This document shows, one piece after another, positions 54,855 through 64,000 of a stretch of DNA of 64,000 nt. The DNA is from the human T2T-CHM13v2.0 reference genome, Homo sapiens. Both the position numbers and the translations under genes were made by a program. The notes below the pieces were generated by a model that had not been told where the DNA came from, did not search any database, and saw nothing but the letters and a program-made list of their open reading frames with translations. Positions within the stretch are counted from its first letter, which is position 1; each line of letters begins with the position of its first letter. The stretch is from NCBI RefSeq assembly GCF_009914755.1, contig NC_060929.1. One strand, written 5' to 3'.

Positions 54855-55514
54855 CTTCAATAAGAAAGGAGGATATTTTACTGGCATTAAAAACAATAAT
54901 ATAAGGCAAATCTCATAAAAATGGACATGAGTTAGAAAAATCACTTCATTGTGAAGAAATTATAAAATAGTGCTCAAACTAGATAAACCTAGAGCAAAGA
55001 TTAGAAGTGTTGCTCTGTTATTTTCATTTTAACAACTGTAGCACTTACCTGTATACATAGATTAACACAGCAGCTCAAAGAAAGTCGTTTTTAAAAAGCG
55101 CCTAGGATCAGGTAGTGACATACTGGGACTAGGACATCAAGATCAAGGCACAGGAAGGACGCAGCTAAGGACACTGGCTGGGACAGGGTGGGAGAGGGAG
55201 ACTGGGGAGGGGACAGTGGACAGTCTGAAGCCCTCCTCTCATCACTCACTATGAATGCGTGCAGAGAACAAGCGGGGCCCAGTACAATGTGCAGAGTAGG
55301 CACACAACAAACTTGTGGAAACAGCAGAAGAACTAGCCCCCTCTTTCTTTCAACGAAGACTGCAGCCCAAGAGCTGGGCTGAAGGGGTTGTCTGGCTGAC
55401 CAGGGGTAGGGTGGGGGCAAGGGAGAAAGCTGTGGAGACACCCAGAGGCGATGAGGTGGGATGGCCAGTGTGGACACTGAGAAGGAGAAGTCTGCACAGC
55501 GTCCTAGGAGACAC

Positions 55515-55545
55515 CAAGGGGCAAGGGGCAAGGGGCAAGGGGCAA
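55515..55545 (+). repeat. (CAAGGGG)4 repeat, G-quadruplex motif
   Basis: GGGG-CAA-GGGG-CAA-GGGG-CAA-GGGG at 55518-55542. Confidence 0.92.
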
Positions 55546-57450
55546 AGGCTGAGGGCAGAAGACAGGCGCAGAGGCCCTGGCAAGGTTTTGTTTCCCTGTC
55601 TTGCCAGATCTTGGCCTAGGTAAGAAGTGGAACCCCAGGCTGGGGGTGAAGAATTGGGGTAGAAGATAGGGCAGTGTGGTCAAAAGGGAGAAGAAAATTT
55701 CCCACCGTAACAGGAGAAAAGAGGTAGATTTTATAACTGATTTGTATTTAAGGGTTCAGTAAAAACAAACATAGAAAGGTTTCTAAGAATAAATTTTTAG
55801 ACGAGTAATTGTCGCAGGAGCCAGATGCTCAGGAGCCTGCAAACTGCAGGTGAGCGGCCCTTGACGGGATGCAGCCATGGGAGAGTACTTAATCACCCAC
55901 AGGCTACAGAGAGCGTTCAGTAAAACCAACACAGACATTACCCACTGTAACAGGAGAAAGTAACTAATAGCTATAACTGATTTATATTTAAGGGTTCAGT
56001 AAAAATAAACACAGACAAGTTTTTTGAACAAAATGTACATTCATAAAGCAACTACTACTAAACGCAAGACAACAATTTGGCTGAGAATAGAGAACACTTC
56101 GGACATAACAGCTTTTTTTGCTCAACGTGATTAAAAAGCCACAGTGTAAACCTGAGTTGAGGCTGCAGAGCCTCCCTCCACTCGGGAAATCCTCAAGGAA
56201 TGAGGATTTGTTCTGGGGTTTCAGAAAGTGTCTGGAAGCTGATGACAGAATTGCTAGTTCTGTAAATTACCATTTTCTAAGGGATACACAGAAAAGGTAG
56301 GATTATGTTTCCTGAATTAAAAGACAACATAGCTATTGCCTAGCATTGTGAGTGCAATGAAACATATAATCTAAATCAGTATGTTATCTTCTTATGGATG
56401 TTCACATCTCTGTCTCCTTCATTTTTTATTTTGTTATTTTTGCCAGGCCAAAATGAAGAAGCCATTATTAAGCCCCTCCTCCCAGCACCTGCCACAACCC
56501 CTGTGCATCTCCAGCAGCACTGCTGCCTGGGGTTTGTATCTCTGAAATGCACTTTGTTTTCCCCCTTCCTTCCTCCTAATTCTCCTATGACTGACTCAAA
56601 GAGAACAAAGATGCAGTCAAGTAACAATAAGAAACAGCCTCAAACTGGAGTTGGAAAGCTACTTAGAGGACCCTAACTGGACCAATTTTTCTTCCTCTAG
56701 GAGCTGTGGTTACAGAAAGGTGCTCCCATATCGGGGCAAGAGAGCAAAGGTGGGTAGGCAGAAAATGACTGGAGCACAGAGGTCTGTGGAAGAAGAGGTG
56801 GAAGTGGCCGTTTAAAGCTCATAACTCTCAAAGTTGTCAAGGCAGAAGCTGGGAAGAATGTATTAATCACTGGACATCTGTAAAATTTAAAGAAAGGCAC
56901 TAAATTTTAAAAACTACACCACAGTTGTTTTTCTAAGGCCTATATTGAAGATCTAATTTATACCTTAAGAAGACTTTTTTTAATCAATAAAGAATTTCTA
57001 TTAATAAGGAATTTCTTATCAAAAAAGGTGCTAATTAAAATAAGCGTTTTTTTTTTTTCCTGCCCAACAATTTGCAAAACAGCCTAGCTGACCTAAAATA
57101 AACTTTCCTAGTCTTGGGGAAGTGTCTTGGAGAAGCGTCTGAATATCATTTGAATAAACTCTTAAAATATTTCTTCCTAAAAGTACTATCCACCACTGTA
57201 ACTCTCCAATATTATCCACTATAGTTACTGAGTACAGTAATGATTGTATCCATCAGTGCACATGCTTCAAGTCAATACTAATGACTTCTTTCTCAATGAA
57301 CTGTAGACATCAATCTGCTCATTCTGCCTTCTAGGTCAGCAGCAACAAGGTATACGAGAAGAAGGCTGACATGACAAAAGAGCAAGTAACATCAGACATT
57401 TCTCACTTTAGTTTCCCGTTCTTATATACTAAATCATCTCAAGCACTCAC

Positions 57451-57664
57451 CATTTGGAATTTCCATACTCGCTATTTTGGAAGGTGGTGATGAGCCCACA
57501 GAATTTTTAGCCACTACGCTGATGATGTAGTCATTCTTATCAAGTCGTATCTCTGCTTTGTGCTGAGGATCAGGGATTTCAGAAAGGGACTGTGTTTCCT
57601 CATCTGATGAACACGATACATTGTAGGAAAGTATTTTTCCATTAGCTTCATTAATGGGTAAAGG
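57451..57664 (-). CDS. LIFR: LIFR coding exon (214 nt, probably exon 13): PLPINEANGKILSYNV...VVAKNSVGSSPPSKIASMEIPN, FNIII
   Basis: tttttcatag| acceptor, ATG|gtgagt donor. FNIII motifs NGKILSY and AKNSVG. Confidence 0.96.
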
Positions 57665-57767
57665 CTATGAAAAACAGACAAATTGTTATAAAACCCTGCA
57701 AAACGTGACTGTGACTAGGCAAGGTAATTGGGTTTAAACTGGACACTATATTAACAATAACAAGGTT

Positions 57768-58077
<310 letters not shown>

Positions 58078-58094
58078 TCAGAAAAGATGAAGCT

Positions 58095-58370
58095 GGCCAA
58101 GTGCGCCTATAATCCCAGCACTTTGGGAGGCCGAGGCAGGCGGATCATGAGGTCAGCAGTTCGAGACCAGCCTGCCAAACATGACAAACATGAAACCCTG
58201 TCTCTACTAAAAATACAAAAATTAGCCAGGCATGGTGGCACCTCAGGAGGCTGAGGCGGGAGAATCACTTGAACCTGGCAGGTGGAGGTCACAGTGAGCT
58301 GAGTTTGTGCCACTGCACTCCAGACTGGTTCAAAGAGCGAGACTCTGTCTCAACAACAACAACAGCAAAA
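58095..58370 (+). mobile_element. Alu with internal deletions and a small duplication (caaacatga x2)
   Basis: Directly follows the previous Alu; (CAA)n tail. Confidence 0.88.
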
Positions 58371-60581
58371 ATGAATCTCTCAACAGTGTAAAACACAGAT
58401 TTAAAATCCACTGGGAGCAGGGTAAATCAGGAAAGAGACACTGAAGAAAAACTATACTTGCTATAAGCAGTAAGAGTACACAAAAATTTAAAAATTAAGT
58501 GAATAAAAAACAATATTTATCTCCACATTTTTCAGGAGCAAAACTTTTAAAACTATCCAGAAGCACTGCTCTACTTAGCAACAAACAAAACATTTTAAAA
58601 AATAGCATCATGGGTTTTTTTCTAAACATTTGTTTTCTCATTTTAAAGTATTACATGCCCACTACAGAAAATTTGGAAAATATATAGAAGTTGAAACAAG
58701 TAAAAATCTCCCATATTCCCACCTCTTAAGTATTCTTTCATTTTGATATTTCTTTCAAGTTGTTTTTCTAGGTATAGATTTTTTTACTAACATTGTTTTA
58801 ATCATATTACACCATTTTACTTTTTACTTTTCCATAATATATGCTAATATACGCTTGTCCATAATACAGTTATATACATTTTCATGGTTTTATGTCTTAT
58901 GTAGCATTTTTACCAGTGTACTTGAATATCCCTTAAATAAATGAAATTTAAGTTGTTTCTAATTTTTCACAATACTAAAACAAATATTTTGGTGAACTTT
59001 TTTGTGCCACTTTTTTTCTTTTTCATAGAAATTTTTAATATGAATTTCTAAAAGTGAACTTACTGTATAAAAACAAATGAACATTCAAACCTCTTCATTT
59101 ATACTGAACTGCTTTTCATAACAACTGCCTTAATTTATACACCAATGTATGGGGCTCTCTGGTCAAGACTGAGGATGATCTAACACTGCGAAACACTCTG
59201 CTCCAGCAGAGGTCTCTGTGATGCTCCAAATGGCCTGCTCTAAGGGGCAGGCTTTAGTCCTAAGACTTATGGGCTTCTTGGGATACTCCAGACCACACAC
59301 TGTTTGAAATGTCCTCCTCCCCCAGCTTCTCTAATTCTATTTTCTTCGTTGTTCCTGCCCCTCTAAACCTTCCCCATCTCCTCTGCTGGTTCCTCCTCCT
59401 CTGCTGGTTCTATGCATGCTGCTGTCACCTGGGCTCCATCCCTGGCCCACTTTTCACCTTGCATCTCCAAGTGATCCCATTTATATGCTACTCAAAGCTG
59501 TTTTCAGTGCCAACCTCTCCCCTGAGCTCCAGAGCCTTACATATATCAAACCGCCTACTGAACTCTACTCATGATATCCCAGTGGCATACCTTTTGAAAA
59601 CTCACTATGACCAAAACTACATAATTTCTACCCGAACACACTCTGACTTGGCAAATGGCGGCACCATCAGCATAGATAATGAAGCTAGAATCTAAATCAT
59701 TTCAATGTTTTTAGTCTTAAGTTTTCGTCTAGTTTGAACAATATTTCAAACTTTCGTATATTGAAGTAAATTGTATAATCGTTGCTATATTATCATGAAA
59801 TCTGACAGGCAACTGAGAGTAGCTGGGGGATTTTCTAATCAAGAGTGGATGTAACAGTCAAATACAATCTCAAAGCAATGGAACTCACATTGAACCTGCA
59901 TGTACACTTCACTTTACTCAAAGCTGTATCGACGTCAAAAGTTTTTTTAAATAAAATTATGTTTTACTTTCCATAACAAAATTCACTATTTAAAGGAATC
60001 CTATTATGACTGCTTGTGTAAAATCTAATATAGAAAACAATTGTTCATGTTTTTGATATTCATAAAATACTTAAAAATATGGCAACAAAAAATGTTCCAG
60101 CAGAGAAAAATTAGTAAAATATGCAATTCATATTTCATCTAAATACTTTACAAAATCATACAAAACTTTATAACTGGCATGTTATAATGCAATTTATTGA
60201 AGGGAAATAAATTACACATGAAGTATATAAAAATTTACTTTCCTATTAATAGAAAAAAATATAACAAACACTTAGGATTCTAACCTACAGATTTTGACTG
60301 AAGTGAGGGAGATGGAATTCATGAAATCTTCAGGTCCTTTACAGGCCTTATAAGATCAAACTCGAGAAGGCTCAGATCTGACACAGGAGATCCTCAAATG
60401 ACTGTGGGGAGTTAGGAGTGACGAGGAATTTGGGGGGTTTAGGAACCAGGTTAGATTCTCACCAATATTGCAACAAAAGCCAGTCTGGGAAGTTTCAGCT
60501 CCTTGATAACCCAAGTACCATGCGTAAGTTAAGCAGTTTAGCAAAGTAATGTAAATGTTCACAGAAAAATTAGATATTTAC

Positions 60582-60652
60582 CTTCCAATAGATTATTAAA
60601 TTTTTTCCATCAGAACTCCACTCTCTCCAAGTATCAGGCCCCTTTGAAGGAC
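60582..60652 (-). CDS. LIFR: LIFR coding exon (71 nt, probably exon 12): (S)PSKGPDTWREWSSDGKNLIIYWK
   Basis: ctttttag| acceptor, AAG|gtaaat donor. Frame continuous. Confidence 0.96.
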
Positions 60653-61379
60653 CTAAAAAGGAGATTTTAAAGTTAATATCTGAAGACACATACTATATGT
60701 ATATGGTGCTTGGCATTTTTTTTCTAGGATGTTTGGAATTCTCAATAAAACGTGAAGCAGTTCAGTGGCTTCCACTTAGAAAATGAAGCAATGGAAAATC
60801 TAAGCTCTCAACAACTTTTGCAAAACACACGGCCCCCTCGAATGGGTGAAAATCTACCTGCAGGCCAGCTGTACTGATTCCCTGGGTTCCCCTCTGCCTC
60901 ACATCCTCTCACTCCCTCCTTTCTTGGCCACACACTGGCTTCCTGGCTGTCCCTCAGATATGCCAAAGACACAACTGCCTCAGGCTCTCTGCATCTTCTG
61001 TGCCCTCTCTTCCTCTGCCTACAACTCTCTTCTCCTAGATAAAAACAATATGGCATGCTTCCTGATCTTTGTATCTCAGCTTGAGTATTACCTTATTAGT
61101 GAGGTCTTTTCTAACTACCCTATTTAAAACTGCCATTCCCTTCACCCCCTCCTTATCCCTCAGCCTCTATTCCTATCACTTCCTCTCCTCTGTGGCATTT
61201 GTCACCAGCTGATAAACTGATGTGTCTGTGTCTTTGTGTTTGTGTGTGTACATACATACATATAGATGTGTATATATATAAATTTATTTCTAGTCCTGGA
61301 TCCTACAAACTCCATAGGCCGAGATCTCTGTTTTATCTGCTGCTATATCACTGCTAACTAGAACAATTCCAGACACATA

Positions 61380-61708
61380 CAGGTTGAGTATCCCTCATCC
61401 GAAATGCTTGGGAGCAAAAGTGTTTCAGATTTTGGATTTTTTCTAATTGTAGAATATCTGCATATACATAATGAAATATCTTGGAGGATGGGATCCAAGA
61501 ACACATAAAATTCATTTATGTTTCACATACACCTTATACACACAGCCTGAAGGTAATTTCATACAATATTTTAAATAATTCTGTGCATGAAACAAATTTG
61601 TGTTAAGTACTTAAGTGTGGAATTTTCCATTTGTGGCATCCTGGTGGTGCTCAAAAAGTTTTGGATCTTGGAGCATTTCAGGTTTTCAGATTACGTATGT
61701 TCAATCTG
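61380..61708. mobile_element. Tigger4/MER46-like (Zombi) MITE inside an L2 relic
   Basis: TA|CAGGTTGAGTATCCCT ... TATGTTCAATCTG|TA terminal inverted repeats with TA target duplication. Confidence 0.85.
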
Positions 61709-61819
61709 TAATGCATACTCAGTAAATATTTGTTGAGTAAATTGATGCCTTCATCTTAATGAGGTGCAAATAAGATGTTTCCTCTTGGAGACAACAGCTC
61801 ATTAACTGAAGGCAAAAAC

Positions 61820-62290
61820 TACAGTGGCTAGTCTCCAAAATGACCAATAATCCCCATGTGCGTGGTGCCCTCCCACATTGCATCAGGGTTGGCCTGTGTG
61901 ACCAACAGTGTGCAGTAGACATAATGGTATGTTACTTCCGATTTTAGAGCATAAAAGATACTGTTCAGTCACCGGCTCTGGGAGGAACTGGCTGCCATGT
62001 CATGAGCACACTTAAGCAGGCCTAGAGAGAGGCCCACAAGGTGAGGAACTGAGGCCTCCTGCCTTTAGCCACATGAGTGAACCATCTTGAAAGTGGATCC
62101 TCTAGCCCCAGTGAAGCCTGCAGTCCCCACCCACATTCCTGACTGCAGCCTCATGAAAGACTCCAAGTCAGAGAGATCCAGCTAAGCTGCTCCTGGATTT
62201 TTAACCCATAGAAATGGGAAGATCATAAACATCTGCTGTGTTAAGCCACTGAATTTTAGGGTAATTTGTTGCACAGCAATAGATAACTCA
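61820..62290 (+). mobile_element. MaLR LTR (MLT1F-like)
   Basis: ggaactgaggcctcctgcc, cagctaagctgctcctggat and gtaatttgttgcacagcaatagataac motifs. Confidence 0.8.
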
Positions 62291-62540
62291 TATCCTCCCT
62301 CTCTGTACTCATGCATAGCTTTCACTTTTGATGATACAAGTAATTCTTACACATGTCGCAAAATGCCCTCATCTCTATTCTTCACATGTCTTCATGTGGA
62401 GAGGCAAAAATCTAGATTAACATCTATCATTTATTTGCTTTGCTATTTCTTAAATTTTTGGAGGAAGTATTATACTGCATAATATAAATAAAGCTTTTGC
62501 TATCTTTTGTTAAATGATTCCTAAAAATTAAACCTATTTC

Positions 62541-62823
<283 letters not shown>

Positions 62824-63270
62824 TTAAACCTATTTCTGAGTTTTTTTTTTTTTACACCTGACATCTGGTTATTCGAAGATAGAATATCATTCTGTCTTTG
62901 GAAATTATCATATTTAGAAAACCAGTTACCTGATTTTATACCTAACTTGACCTGGGTATACTACAGAAACTGAAGTTCAAGACCTTTTAGCCACATTTCT
63001 CAGGTCTAGGTCACAAATAAAAACTAACAAATTCTCTTTTTTAGTAATTGTTTTTTTTTTTTAAAAAAAAGGCCAATGAGTTAAAAGCATAATTAAAATT
63101 CCAAGCAGAAAAGAATGGGAGAAAAATCATTCTATGCATTATCGTAATATGGTGGCAATCATAGTATAGATAGAGGAGCCCTGGCTTTCTCATAATTTAT
63201 GCCAATCATTTTTCTATACTATGACAAAACTTCAAAACTATCATTTAAAATATCTGTGATATTTTATTAG

Positions 63271-63627
<357 letters not shown>

Positions 63628-63705
63628 AACATCTTCTTTTTAAAGAAGTTGTAAAACTTCAGAATACACAGTAATTATTAGCCATACATCACTTAGTTAA
63701 CTTAC

Positions 63706-63868
63706 TGGCTTCTGTTGTTAAATGTTGTTTTTTATTGCTCCATTTGCTCCATTTCCAGAAAGTTTCAGTAGAACAACGAATCCGAAAAGTATATAGAGTG
63801 TATGGATTTAACTTGTCCAGAGCAACAAGATAACTTGAATTTTCTACTCCTTTGATTGTGACATTCCG
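63706..63868 (-). CDS. LIFR: LIFR coding exon (163 nt, probably exon 11): RNVTIKGVENSSYLVALDKLNPYTLYTFRIRCSTETFWKWSKWSNKKQHLTTEA, with WSXWS motif
   Basis: Minus-strand ccaatag| acceptor and CCA|gtaagt donor. WSKWS is the class-I cytokine receptor motif. Confidence 0.96.
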
Positions 63869-64000
63869 CTATTGGAAAACAAATAAATATATATATATGT
63901 ATATATTATGTGTATGAATACATATATATATACATACACATACATACACTTTTTTTTGGTAAGAAAGCCTTCACATTTGTAACACAAACCAACGGAATGT

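Overview
Human (or very close hominid) genomic DNA containing the convergent 3' halves of two genes, known to lie at 5p13. On the + strand are the last exons of EGFLAM (pikachurin): a 24-nt alternative microexon, five exons encoding the linker and laminin-G3 domain ending ...NINTCGAK*, and a ~1.5 kb 3'UTR. On the - strand are the last ten coding exons of LIFR (WSXWS exon, fibronectin-III exons, transmembrane exon, Box1 exon, cytoplasmic tail ending ...FFQNKPND*) and a ~6.6-6.9 kb 3'UTR. All exon boundaries were read by hand as GT-AG, and the spliced frames are continuous. The rest is introns and intergenic DNA with Alu, L1, L2, MIR, LTR and DNA-transposon relics; TE family names come from recalled consensus sequences and their coordinates are approximate. 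I found no new protein-coding system. The best structural observations are: (1) a fossil micro-inversion between two tail-to-tail Alus, shown by swapped and inverted target-site duplications; (2) a mosaic templated-insertion-like segment in a LIFR intron that places an inverted repeat around exon 14, next to a perfect G-quadruplex motif; (3) neural-microexon hallmarks, a tandem donor and a neighbouring candidate poison microexon in EGFLAM; (4) a probable internal EGFLAM promoter and a possible antisense lncRNA; (5) inverted Alus tightly flanking LIFR exon 15; (6) an Ile at LIFR codon 785.
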